Source of the DNA: Verrucomicrobiota bacterium
GTDB lineage: Bacteria; Verrucomicrobiota; Verrucomicrobiia; Limisphaerales; CANJSG01
Reading direction: 5' to 3'
Assembly (NCBI GenBank): GCA_038203875.1
Contig: JBBRDN010000002.1
Span: 701-64,700 of the forward strand
DNA length: 64,000 bases
Part shown: one piece after another, positions 55,488 to 64,000 of the stretch
Layout of the letters: each line of letters begins with the position of its first letter
How positions within the stretch are numbered: the stretch's first letter is position 1
Translations under genes and position numbers: made by a program
The notes under the pieces: generated by a model
Databases searched by the model: none
What the model saw: only the letters and a program-made list of their open reading frames with translations
Told to the model about the DNA's origin: nothing

Positions 55488-57230
55488 TCAAACCTTCGGC
55501 GTCCCCGCCTCGATCAACTCCAGCAGCTTGGCCACGGCGTCCTCGGCTTTGATGGCGAGGATCGCGCCGTTGCGGGGCTTGATCTCGACTTCGCCCTTGG
55601 CCAGCGATTTCTCGCCGATGGCCAGGCGGAGCGGGAAGCCGACGAGTTCGCTGTCCTTGAACTTGAAGCCGGGACGCTCGTCGCGGTCGTCGAGGATGCA
55701 GTCGATGCCCTTGGCGGTGAGCTCCGCGTAGATCTTCTCCGCGAGCTGCATGACGGGGCTCTCGGGCGCGACGGCCAGCGGGGTGATGCAGACGGTGTAG
55801 GGCGCCACGCTGACGGGCCAGACGATGCCGTCCTTGTCATTGCTCTGCTCGATCACGGCCTGGAGCGTGCGGGTGACGCCGATGCCGTAGCAGCCCATGA
55901 CGGCCGGGTGCTGCTTGCCGCCCTCGTCGACGAAGAGGGCGCTCATCTTCTCGCTGTATTTCGTGCCGAGCTTGAAGACGTGGCCGACCTCGATGGCGCG
56001 GCGGATCTTCAGCGACTTGGCGCACTTGGGGCAGGGTTCGCCGGCGGTGACGGTGCGGAGATCGAACCACTCGGTCACCTTGATGTCGCGCTCGATCGAG
56101 ACGCTGCGGAAGTGGAAGCCGTCCTCGTTCGCGCCGGTGGTCATGTCGTTGGCGCCGCGCAGGCGTTCGTCGGCGTAGACCTTCCAGTCGGAGGGGACAT
56201 TTTTCACCGCACCAAGGGAGCCGGGCATGGCGCCGAGCTTCTGGAAATGGGCCAAGTCGGCCTCGATCTTCACGTCGGCCGGACGCGCTTCGACCGCGCC
56301 GGAGCGGGCCTTGAACTTGGCTTCGTTCAACTGGTCGTCGCCCCGGATGAGGATGAGCACGGGCTTGCCGTCGGCGATGTAGACGAGGGTCTTGATCTGG
56401 CGGTTGGCGGCGACCTTGTAGGGTTCCTTGCTCAACGCCTCGATGGTGACGACGCCGGGCGTGGCGAACTTCTCGATCTCCGGGCCAACCTCACGGGCGG
56501 CGGTCTTCGGCAATCCGCTTGTGGCCTTCTCGATGTTGGCCGCGTAGCCGCAGGCCTCGCAGAAGGCGACATTGTCCTCGCCCGTCTCAGCGGGGACGAC
56601 GAACTCATGGGAGTGGTTGCCGCCGATGACGCCGGTGTCGGCCTCAACGGGGAACGCCTGCAAGCCGCAGCGGGCGAAGATGCGCGTGTAGGCGTCATAC
56701 ATCTTCTTGTAGCTGGCCATCGCGCCCTCATCCGTGGTGTCGAACGAGTAGGCATCCTTCATGATGAACTCCTTGGCGCGCATCAGGCCGAAGCGCGGGC
56801 GGATCTCGTCCCGGAACTTGGTCTGGATCTGGTAGAAGTTCTTCGGGAGCTGGCGGTAGCTGTTGATCTCGTTGGCGGCAAGGTGGGTGATGACCTCCTC
56901 ATGGGTCGGCCCGAGGACCCATTCCCGCTTGGCGGAATCGCGCACCTTGAAGAGCACGTCGCGCGCGGTCTCGTAACGGCCGGACTGCTGCCAGATCTCG
57001 GGCGGCTGGAGCGCGGGCATGAGCACCTCGATGCCGCCGGCGCGGTCCATCTCCTCGCGGATGATCTTCTCGATCTTGCGCAGAGCGCGCAGGCCCATGG
57101 GAAGGAAGGTGTAGAGGCCGCCGGTGAGCTTGCGGACGAGGCCGGCGCGGAGAAGAAGCTTGTGGGAAAGGATCTCCGCGTCGGCGGGAGTTTCCTTGAG
57201 AGTCGGGATGAATGTCTGGGACCAGCGCAT
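55488..57230 (-). CDS. proS: proline--tRNA ligase
   Basis: MRWSQTFIPTLKETPADAEILSHKLLLRAGLVRKL N-terminus. 580-aa bacterial-type enzyme with an inserted editing domain and class II motifs. Confidence 0.93.
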   Translation of the reverse strand: MRWSQTFIPTLKETPADAEILSHKLLLRAGLVRKLTGGLYTFLPMGLRALRKIEKIIREEMDRAGGIEVLMPALQPPEIWQQSGRYETARDVLFKVRDSAKREWVLGPTHEEVITHLAANEINSYRQLPKNFYQIQTKFRDEIRPRFGLMRAKEFIMKDAYSFDTTDEGAMASYKKMYDAYTRIFARCGLQAFPVEADTGVIGGNHSHEFVVPAETGEDNVAFCEACGYAANIEKATSGLPKTAAREVGPEIEKFATPGVVTIEALSKEPYKVAANRQIKTLVYIADGKPVLILIRGDDQLNEAKFKARSGAVEARPADVKIEADLAHFQKLGAMPGSLGAVKNVPSDWKVYADERLRGANDMTTGANEDGFHFRSVSIERDIKVTEWFDLRTVTAGEPCPKCAKSLKIRRAIEVGHVFKLGTKYSEKMSALFVDEGGKQHPAVMGCYGIGVTRTLQAVIEQSNDKDGIVWPVSVAPYTVCITPLAVAPESPVMQLAEKIYAELTAKGIDCILDDRDERPGFKFKDSELVGFPLRLAIGEKSLAKGEVEIKPRNGAILAIKAEDAVAKLLELIEAGTPKV

Positions 57231-57288
57231 AAAGGTCGCGCTGTATTAACGCCTGCGGAAAGCCGTCACAGTAAAAAGTGTGGCCGGG

Positions 57289-57320
57289 AAAAAGAAAAAT
57301 CCCCGGATTGCTCCGGGGAT
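57289..57320 (-). terminator. rho-independent terminator of the PEP-CTERM gene
   Basis: On the minus strand: ATCCCCGGA-gcaa-TCCGGGGAT followed by TTTTTCTTTTT. Confidence 0.65.
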
Positions 57321-57343
57321 TCGTTCAAACGTTGACCGTCCGA

Positions 57344-58345
57344 TCAGGCCTGCTTGCGGCGACGCAGGAAGGCGAAGCCCGACAGACCGGCGAACGCCAA
57401 GGCGCTGGCCGTCGTGCCGACTTCGGGAACGGGAGCCGGTCCACCGGGATCCTGGGGCGGGGGTGGGTCCTGGGGCGGGATTTCAATCCCACCGGTGGCC
57501 GCGAATACGTAGATGTCTCCGGGCACGCCAGCGCCGTTTGCATTGCCACGAAGATCCGCAGCATAGAGGTAGGTGCCGTCGAAGGCCAATCCCTCCCAAC
57601 GCACAGCAGTCGGATCACCATCGGGGTCGAAGCCCACAAGGTTTCCCGCGAGGTCGAATTTGAAGATGGTGCGTTCGTGACCACCAAAATTTCCCACGGC
57701 GACCGCAAAGACTGAGTCACCCACACGTTCGACACCGGAGTAACCGCTTGCCCCGTTCATGCCGCTCGCGAAAAGGACGCCGTTTTTGTATATCCTACCT
57801 GCGTCCGGGGAAAACCAGACATCGCCACTGTCCACATCCAAACCGTCGGCAAAGCCGCTGTGGTTGGGGAAGGGTTTGTAGTTCGAATCCAGGTTTAGTC
57901 CAGTGAACGGATCAAAGGATTTCAAGGGGCCGCCAGAGTTGGCGACCAACTGGCCTGTGGCCGCATCATAGGCCAGTTCGGAAAAATGCACCCCGCTGCC
58001 GGATCCACCAGAGCCAGCGACCGATGTCGTGCCGGCTACATCCAGTAACCCGGTTGCCGGGGTAATCTGGCGTAGGCCCCCGAGCAGGGGCATCGCGGCG
58101 ATTTCGCCAGCCGTGTAACTTTTGTAGGGTTTGAAGGAATGCGCGGCATTGTCGCCTGAATCGCCTTGGCTGAACCACATCAGGTTGTTCCTGATATCGT
58201 AGGCTAATCCGAACGCACTAGGAGTGTCGGTGTAGATCGCAACAGGAGTGATCTGTCCCGGAACCGGCGCCGCAGCCATTGACGAAATGGCTGAAGCCGT
58301 GAGAACACCTGCCAAGGAGGCAAGTTTTAGTGAAGGTCTCTTCAT
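57344..58345 (-). CDS. PEP-CTERM sorting-domain protein (beta-propeller-like body)
   Basis: Signal MKRPSLKLASLAGVLTASAISSMAAA. The C-terminus PVPEVGTTASALAFAGLSGFAFLRRRKQA is a (P)VPE motif plus a TM helix and a basic cluster. Confidence 0.8.
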   Translation of the reverse strand: MKRPSLKLASLAGVLTASAISSMAAAPVPGQITPVAIYTDTPSAFGLAYDIRNNLMWFSQGDSGDNAAHSFKPYKSYTAGEIAAMPLLGGLRQITPATGLLDVAGTTSVAGSGGSGSGVHFSELAYDAATGQLVANSGGPLKSFDPFTGLNLDSNYKPFPNHSGFADGLDVDSGDVWFSPDAGRIYKNGVLFASGMNGASGYSGVERVGDSVFAVAVGNFGGHERTIFKFDLAGNLVGFDPDGDPTAVRWEGLAFDGTYLYAADLRGNANGAGVPGDIYVFAATGGIEIPPQDPPPPQDPGGPAPVPEVGTTASALAFAGLSGFAFLRRRKQA

Positions 58346-58624
58346 TTTGTTGGTGGGGGTTGATTTTGAAACTACCGTCGCCCGGAAACGACAAGGAGAT
58401 TTCCTTTTCCAGACACTCCCTTGTCGATCTAACGAGACACCACTGTCAACTTCTAATACGAAACTCAAGACACGATTGCCTCAACAAAAGCTGTCATCGA
58501 CGTGACAAGATCGGCGAGGAAGCCAACCCGGGTAGGCGAACCACCGGGAAAAGGAAACGAATCCAGTCAGCAAGCCAGCCCCAGAAGCCAAATGCTCCCG
58601 CGTCACCCAACAGGCCGAAAAGCC

Positions 58625-59380
58625 CTACTTCACCGTGTTGACCAAGGGCGCGAGGCCTTGGATCCGGACTTCCAACCGGTCGCCCGATTCGATGGGGCCA
58701 ACGCCGCTGGGAGTGCCGGTGAGGATGATGTCGCCGGGCAGCAGGGTCATGTTCGTCGAGACGAAGCTGACGATGTCGAAGCAGTTGAAGATGAGCTGTG
58801 ACGTATTGGAGTTCTGCCGAAGCTGGCCGTTCTGGAAGAGCTGGATGGTGAGATCATGCGGGTCGATCTTCGTTTCCACGAAGGGTCCGACCGGCGTGAA
58901 GGTGTCGAAGGACTTGCAACGGGCCCACTGACTTTCGGCCGCCTGGATGGTGCGGTCGCTGATGTCCTGGGCGGCTGTGTAGCCGAAGATGTAGCGGGCG
59001 GCGGCGGCAGAGGTCACGTTGCGGCACTTGCGGCCGATGACGATGGTCAGTTCGGCCTCGAAGTCGGTCCGGTGCTTGGCGAAGGGAATCTCGATCTTGG
59101 CCCCGTCGGGAATGAGGGACGTGGTGGCCTTGAGCCAGAAAAGCGGCTCCTTGGGCAGGGGTTTGCCGGATTCACGCGCGTGATCGGCGTAATTCAGCCC
59201 CACCGCGATGATTTTCGAGGGTTCGACTGGGACGAGTGTCTTGACGCCCTTGGCGGGTGTCGGCTTCTTTTCGAACGACGGCGAGCCGAAGACATCGCCG
59301 ATCAATCTGAATAGCTCGCCGTCCACAGCCTTGGCGTAGAAGATCTCGTCACCCTTTTGAAACCGGCCGATCGCTGCCAT
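58625..59380 (-). CDS. fumarylacetoacetate hydrolase family protein
   Basis: GLNYADHA, DFEAELTIVIG and LLPGDIILTGTPSGVGP. Confidence 0.88.
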   Translation of the reverse strand: MAAIGRFQKGDEIFYAKAVDGELFRLIGDVFGSPSFEKKPTPAKGVKTLVPVEPSKIIAVGLNYADHARESGKPLPKEPLFWLKATTSLIPDGAKIEIPFAKHRTDFEAELTIVIGRKCRNVTSAAAARYIFGYTAAQDISDRTIQAAESQWARCKSFDTFTPVGPFVETKIDPHDLTIQLFQNGQLRQNSNTSQLIFNCFDIVSFVSTNMTLLPGDIILTGTPSGVGPIESGDRLEVRIQGLAPLVNTVK

Positions 59381-59411
59381 AGTGTATGGTGGCTCTTAAC
59401 AGGAAGTTACA

Positions 59412-61004
59412 GTGCGTCGCAAGTTGAAACTCCCCAACACCGCGGAAAGCACCCTTTCAAGAGCGTTATTGCTGCTCGGATGCATCTGGATCGCCATGGC
59501 CACGCTGTCGTCGGCGCAGGCCCAGTTCATTGATCCGATCGGGCTGAGACTTCTTCGGGCAGTCAGCCCAGGACTCGACGGCTCGGGAATCAGGATGGCC
59601 CAGCCTGAAGGGGACGGACCGGGGTGGCAGGTCAATCCGGCGGTCGGTCGACCGGGACTGGTCTTCCGATTCGAGAGCTCGAACGGCGTGGCGACGGTGT
59701 TCCCGAACCAGGTCGGAGCCGAGTCGCAGCACGCCAACGGCGTCGGCGACGCGATTTTCGGTCCGGTGAACGGAGTCGCCCCGGGTATCGCGGCGCTGGA
59801 CAGCTACGACGCCGATTTCTTCATCAACGCGCTCGTATTCGAGCGAGCGCCGTTTCCTGCGAGGATTGTAAACCAGAGCTTCATCATTCCCGTAAACAGC
59901 CTGCAGGAGCAGACCGCCATCGACCGGGAATTCGACGACTACAGCGACCGCTTCAATGTCCTCTTCGTAAGCGGCGCGGGCAACGGGGGCGGAGTATTCA
60001 CGCCGGCCTCCCAGTATAACGGCCTCGGAGTCGGGGCATTCGGAGGAGCCACCAGCGTCGGCCCGACGGGCGACGGCAATCGCTCGAAGCCGGACATCGT
60101 CGCCCCGTCGCCGTTTACCAGCGGCTCCACCCCGCAGGTCGCCGGCGCCGCGGCCCTGCTGCTGCAGGCGGCGCTGCGCGGCGACGCCGGCACCAACGAC
60201 ATCGCCGAGGCCGGTGACATCCGTGTCGTCAAAGCTCTCCTGCTGAACGGCGCCACCAAACCTCCCAACTGGGCGCCCCCGGCGTCGCAACCGTTGGACC
60301 CGCTCCATGGTGCGGGCATGTTGCACGTGTTCAATTCGTGGAACCAACTGCGATCGGGTCGGCAAATCGCGGGCGAGACCACCATCGTTCCGACGACTAC
60401 CACCCATCCGCCCGGCGCATCCACGAACCGGCTCACGGCCCTGCGCGGTTGGGCGTTCTCCACAATCACCAACCAACTGCCAACCGAGGACGCGGTGCAA
60501 CACTTCTACCTGGATCTACCGGCGGGCCCTTCATCCTACGTCGTCACCCTGACCCTCACCTGGCATCGACGGAACGGCTTCAGCCAGGCCAATGATCTGG
60601 ACCTGCACTTCATCAACCGCGAGACAGGGGCCAGCATCGGCAAGAGCGACACCTTCGCCAACAACGTCGAGCATATCCACATGGTCGCCGCTCCGCCGGG
60701 CCCCTACGATATACAAGTCCTGAAGAACGGAGCGCCAGGCCGCGTCACTCCGGACGAACTCTACGCCCTCGCCTACGACGCGAGCGCGGCCGCATTGAAG
60801 CTCACGGCCAACGGCCAGCCGACAAGACTCGAGCTCCGGTGGCCGTTCACACCGCCAAGCCTCCAATTGGAGTCTAGCTTCCAGCTTGGGAGCAACGCCC
60901 TCTGGAGCGTCGTCACGAATGTGCCGACGGTTGCGGGTAACGAGTTCGTGACCTCCGTTGTCTCGACAAACACGGCGCAGTTTTTCCGTTTGCGCCGTCC
61001 GTGA
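59412..61004 (+). CDS. S8-like (subtilase-family) secreted protein with a C-terminal FFRL-ending module
   Basis: HANGVGD (His box), VNQSF (Asn) and FTSGSTPQVAGAAALLLQ (Ser box variant). The Asp box is not canonical (IRMAQPEGDG). GTG start. Ends ...AQFFRLRRP. Confidence 0.6.
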   Translation: MRRKLKLPNTAESTLSRALLLLGCIWIAMATLSSAQAQFIDPIGLRLLRAVSPGLDGSGIRMAQPEGDGPGWQVNPAVGRPGLVFRFESSNGVATVFPNQVGAESQHANGVGDAIFGPVNGVAPGIAALDSYDADFFINALVFERAPFPARIVNQSFIIPVNSLQEQTAIDREFDDYSDRFNVLFVSGAGNGGGVFTPASQYNGLGVGAFGGATSVGPTGDGNRSKPDIVAPSPFTSGSTPQVAGAAALLLQAALRGDAGTNDIAEAGDIRVVKALLLNGATKPPNWAPPASQPLDPLHGAGMLHVFNSWNQLRSGRQIAGETTIVPTTTTHPPGASTNRLTALRGWAFSTITNQLPTEDAVQHFYLDLPAGPSSYVVTLTLTWHRRNGFSQANDLDLHFINRETGASIGKSDTFANNVEHIHMVAAPPGPYDIQVLKNGAPGRVTPDELYALAYDASAAALKLTANGQPTRLELRWPFTPPSLQLESSFQLGSNALWSVVTNVPTVAGNEFVTSVVSTNTAQFFRLRRP

Positions 61005-61026
61005 ACGAAGCGACCCTGATCCCGCC

Positions 61027-62412
61027 ATGAAAAAACTGCTACCAACGCTGTTCTGCCTGCTCTGGGCGTTGGTCTGGCAGAGTCGAGCCGCTCCACCGGC
61101 GGCCCCGTCGGTGCTGGACTGGGACCTTCAAAAGAACTTGGTCACGGCCGACGTGGACGGGATCGCCCTCACGAATTTCCTTGGCCGCCTTGCAACCGTG
61201 ACCGCTTGGGAGATCGCCTATGATCCCGGGATTTCCTACAAGGTTTCCGCGAAATTCCGCGAGCAAGGTCATGAGAAGGCGCTTCGCATGCTGCTTGGAC
61301 AGCTGAACTATTCGGTGACTCCAATCACCAACAACCGCCCTTTGCTGACGGTCTACCGGACGGACATCAAAGACGCCACCGTTCGCATTGCCCCAGAACC
61401 CAAGCCCGTCGCGAAAAGTTCGAGCCGCATCCCCAACGAACTCGTCGTTACCCTGAAACCCGGCGAGAAAATCGACGATATCGCCCGGCTCCTCGGTGCC
61501 AAGATCATCGGCCGCGCTGAAGGTCTCGATGCCTACAGGCTTCAGTTTGCCGATGAAACCGCCACGACTGCGGCCAAAGCGGCGCTGGAGCAGAACCCTG
61601 CCGTCGCATCCATCGACGCCAATTACTTCGTCACACGGCCCACGGAAGTGCAGCAGCTCGCCATGGGCAATGCGCCGGGCCTCAACCTCAAGATCAAGCC
61701 GCCGGGCGATTCAGGCCGGATGATCGTCGGACTGGTCGATACGGCCATCCAGACATTCGGTGATTCGCGGGATCAATTTCTCCTTCCGGCAGTCCACGCG
61801 GTGAACGGAGTTGACGCCTCCCAGAATTCACCGACACACAGCACGGCGATGGCGGACAGCATTCTCAGGGGAACGAGCATTGCGACCGACGGCGGTGCGA
61901 CGGGAATCCAGATTCTTCCTGTCGATATCTTCGGCGGTGCTGAAGGCACGAGCACGTTCGACGTAGCCTACGGGATCTATCTCGCCGCGCAGGGCGGAGC
62001 GAAAGTGATCAATCTGAGCCTCGGCAGCGAAGGCAACAGCACCGTTCTCGAGAGGGTTGTGAAGGATGCGACCAGCCAAGGAATCCTCCTCGTCGCCGCC
62101 GCCGGCAACACCCCGACCACCACGCCGACCTATCCGGCAGCGTATCCGGAAGTGGTCGCGGTCACGGCCGGCAACAATCGAGGCACTGTCGCAAACTACG
62201 CCAACCGGGGAGATTTCGTCGACGTGGTCGCTCCCGGAACCAGCGTCGTGAGCTACAACGGAAAGACCTATTACGTCTCGGGAACTTCCCCGGCGTCGGC
62301 CTACATTTCCGGACTCGCGGCCGGCTTGGCCGACAAGACGGGTAAATCATTAAAAGACGTTTCCAGCGGCATCCAGTCGACCCTCGCACCTGCGGCGACA
62401 CCGAAGCCCTGA
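61027..62412 (+). CDS. S8 family serine peptidase with N-terminal STN-like and I9 propeptide-like regions
   Basis: VGLVDTAIQ (Asp), PTHSTAMAD (His), INLSLGS (Asn) and SGTSPASAYISGLAAG (Ser). Signal peptide MKKLLPTLFCLLWALVWQSRA. Confidence 0.8.
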   Translation: MKKLLPTLFCLLWALVWQSRAAPPAAPSVLDWDLQKNLVTADVDGIALTNFLGRLATVTAWEIAYDPGISYKVSAKFREQGHEKALRMLLGQLNYSVTPITNNRPLLTVYRTDIKDATVRIAPEPKPVAKSSSRIPNELVVTLKPGEKIDDIARLLGAKIIGRAEGLDAYRLQFADETATTAAKAALEQNPAVASIDANYFVTRPTEVQQLAMGNAPGLNLKIKPPGDSGRMIVGLVDTAIQTFGDSRDQFLLPAVHAVNGVDASQNSPTHSTAMADSILRGTSIATDGGATGIQILPVDIFGGAEGTSTFDVAYGIYLAAQGGAKVINLSLGSEGNSTVLERVVKDATSQGILLVAAAGNTPTTTPTYPAAYPEVVAVTAGNNRGTVANYANRGDFVDVVAPGTSVVSYNGKTYYVSGTSPASAYISGLAAGLADKTGKSLKDVSSGIQSTLAPAATPKP

Positions 62413-62423
62413 CGAATCGGAAG

Positions 62424-63536
62424 TCAGTCCGTGCGCACAATCCCGAGGTCTTCGTAGATGGCGGTGTTCAGCTCTAGGCCCCGCTTGTGATGGATCCGAA
62501 CACCGGGCAAGCCATTGAAGACCCAGGCAACGACCAGGCCGTTTTCAGGGTCGGCAAAAGCGCAAGAAGTCTGCTGCCCGCCGTGGCCGAAAGCCTCCTC
62601 TCCGGCATGGCGCCCGAAACCGTAGGGGACGGTTTCAACCCCGTAGCGACGGCTGTTGATGATGAATCCCAGGCCGAAGTCGACGACGTGCTTGAACGTG
62701 TCGTCGAACTTCCGCTCGCGATGTCGCCGTGTCATGATTTCGATGGTTTCGCGACGCAGGAGCGGACTTGGGGCACGCAGGAGAGCCTGGTAAAAGCGGC
62801 CGAGATCCCGGATCGGTCCGCGAAGAAATGCGCCTGGGCGGAGGATCGCGGCGCACTCCGGTGTGTTCCAAAAAAGGTCCGGGTCCGTCTGACCACGATC
62901 GGTCATGTGCATCTTCGAGAGCCGATCCTCTATTCCAAGAAACTCGGCAAGCGAAAGCTGGACATACGAATCGCCCATGCCCGCCGGGCCGAAAACGCTT
63001 TGCCGGATCCGCTCTTCAAATGGTTGCCCGGAAACCCGTTGGATCACCTCCGCCAACAAAGTCCAACTGGAGTGAGTGTGGTAGGCCGCTGTCTCGCCGG
63101 AAACGGCGTTTGGTTCCAAAGGCGCCTCACAGATCTGTGAAAGTGTTTCCGGCCAGGGAGTCGGCTCGGGGACGGCATCCGCGACTCGAAAGCCTCCCGT
63201 GTGAGTGAGGACGTGCCTCAATGTGACCGAATCCTTCCCGTGAGCGGCAAACTCCGGGATCCATCGAGCAACAGGATCGTCCCAACCAAGCCGGCCAGCT
63301 TCGACAAGCTGAGCGACCGCCACGGCCGTGATAGGCTTACCCGAAGAAAACCAAAGCCCAATCGAACCTCGGTCCATTGGCCGGCCAATAGAGGCGTTAC
63401 CGATCCCCAAATCGAGAAGGGTTTCTTCGTTTCGGGCCACAAAGAGCTGAACGCCAGGGTGCCATCCCTGGACAATCCCTTCGGTGACTTTCCTGATGGT
63501 CTTCTCAAACTGCATGCCTGATACCAGGACATTCAC
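62424..63536 (-). CDS. beta-lactamase-family serine hydrolase
   Basis: FSSGKPITAVAVAQLVEAG (S-x-x-K) with class-C/esterase-like length. The start is GTG 63536 or ATG 63515. Confidence 0.8.
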   Translation of the reverse strand: MNVLVSGMQFEKTIRKVTEGIVQGWHPGVQLFVARNEETLLDLGIGNASIGRPMDRGSIGLWFSSGKPITAVAVAQLVEAGRLGWDDPVARWIPEFAAHGKDSVTLRHVLTHTGGFRVADAVPEPTPWPETLSQICEAPLEPNAVSGETAAYHTHSSWTLLAEVIQRVSGQPFEERIRQSVFGPAGMGDSYVQLSLAEFLGIEDRLSKMHMTDRGQTDPDLFWNTPECAAILRPGAFLRGPIRDLGRFYQALLRAPSPLLRRETIEIMTRRHRERKFDDTFKHVVDFGLGFIINSRRYGVETVPYGFGRHAGEEAFGHGGQQTSCAFADPENGLVVAWVFNGLPGVRIHHKRGLELNTAIYEDLGIVRTD

Positions 63537-63623
63537 AATAATGTCAGGGCTATTAAATAGTCATTGCCATCAATAGTGTCCTGTAGTAATACATTTCACG
63601 TCGCCAGCAAATCAGGCGATCGC

Positions 63624-63635
63624 GACAAAAACCTA
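63624..63635 (+). repeat. 12-nt direct repeat GACAAAAACCTA, copy 1
   Basis: Identical to 63711-63722. It lies in an A/C-rich, roughly 40% GC non-coding stretch. Confidence 0.6.
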
Positions 63636-63710
63636 ATTTCAAAACAGCTAAACCCTTCCATCCAATTCCTTAAACGCTGTGAACACCTTCAAAAACAAAC
63701 CAGAAACACA

Positions 63711-63722
63711 GACAAAAACCTA
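63711..63722 (+). repeat. 12-nt direct repeat GACAAAAACCTA, copy 2
   Basis: 87 nt downstream of copy 1. It abuts the 5' end of the candidate structured RNA. Confidence 0.6.
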
Positions 63723-63723
63723 T

Positions 63724-63878
63724 GGGCCGCTTCCGGTCTCCATCCGGGTCCAATCCGAGTCGCCCAGCGACGTCGTATTGGGGCAAGTGAGAACGGGAGC
63801 AATCTATCTGGCATCGCTGCTGGCGTTCCTATGGTGGCTGCTCGGCCAGCATTGAGAAGCGGCTTTGTCCAGACGCTC
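63724..63878 (+). ncRNA. candidate structured small RNA (family unknown)
   Basis: The closing helix gccgcttc (63726-63733) pairs with gaagcggc (63856-63863). Internal hairpins gtcgc-cca-gcgac and gctggc...gccagc. There is no credible ORF. A strong plus-strand terminator follows directly. Confidence 0.3.
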
Positions 63879-63912
63879 GAAGCCCCCGGGGTAACCCGGG
63901 GGCTTCTTTTTT
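63879..63912 (+). terminator. strong rho-independent terminator
   Basis: GAAGCCCCCGGG-gtaa-CCCGGGGGCTTC (12-bp perfect stem) followed by TTTTTT. Confidence 0.8.
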
Positions 63913-63939
63913 ACGATTGAATGAACCCCGCGAACAATC

Positions 63940-64000
63940 TCACTTGCCGGCTTTGAGCGCAGCGTCGATGGCTCCGGCCAATTCGGCCGACTCGGGTTCG
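63940..64000 (-). CDS. 3' end of an unidentified gene (rest outside window)
   Basis: Hand-translated minus-strand frame ...EPESAELAGAIDAALKAGK-stop (TGA at 63942-63940), open to the window edge. Confidence 0.25.
   Translation of the reverse strand, partial: EPESAELAGAIDAALKAGK

Noticed and set aside
63564-63920. 118-aa plus-strand ORF across the gene-free region at the right end.
   Set aside because: The translation has no protein-like character. It runs through an A/C-rich tract, the structured segment and the terminator hairpin itself. I treated the region as non-coding and as a candidate sRNA.

Overview
This is a high-GC (roughly 60%) bacterial chromosomal segment, densely coding on both strands. 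The gene content points to the PVC superphylum, most likely Verrucomicrobiota; this is inference only. The supporting genes are a DUF1800/DUF1501 pair plus a second partial DUF1501 gene, a PVC-type dehydrogenase-like propeller/HEAT protein, DUF1080, a Tat-exported TIM-barrel isomerase, a sulfatase, and an exosortase plus a PEP-CTERM substrate. The backbone is housekeeping: gltX, proS, sucA-sucB-lpdA, pdxJ, acpS, thiL-tsaE-tsaB, psd, bcp, sufE-like and floA/nfeD. By eye I recognised no rRNA, tRNA, CRISPR array, transposase or integrase. The clearest accessory patch is 29.1-33.3 kb. It holds GTAG-headed hairpin repeats, a 158-nt extended hairpin, two overlapping small acidic ORFs and a DUF3883 nuclease-like gene broken by an 8-bp tandem duplication. 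It also holds a Dcm-family methyltransferase truncated after motif VI/VII with an intact C-protein-like HTH and a C-box-like palindrome, and a PIN-domain fragment. Smaller low-GC islets carry a GIY-YIG protein (2.8-3.4 kb), an exosortase-EpsI fusion with a TPR protein (10.5-13.8 kb) and a Cys-cluster orphan (54.9-55.4 kb). My candidates for undescribed biology, in order of preference, are: (1) a stand-alone cassette of a Cys-less asparagine-synthetase-like PP-loop enzyme plus a radical SAM protein that may be RaSEA/TIGR01210-like (38.9-41.2 kb); (2) an IVS-protein/Avd-family four-helix-bundle ORF inside the sucAB-lpdA operon, bracketed by a 22-nt inverted repeat; (3) the acidic two-ORF module with its long hairpin; (4) a membrane protein with a ParB-like N-terminal peptide; (5) a terminator-ended candidate sRNA at 63.7-63.9 kb. 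All family calls rest on motifs I recognise by eye in the supplied translations. No search or folding program was run, and start codons are my best choice among the alternatives.
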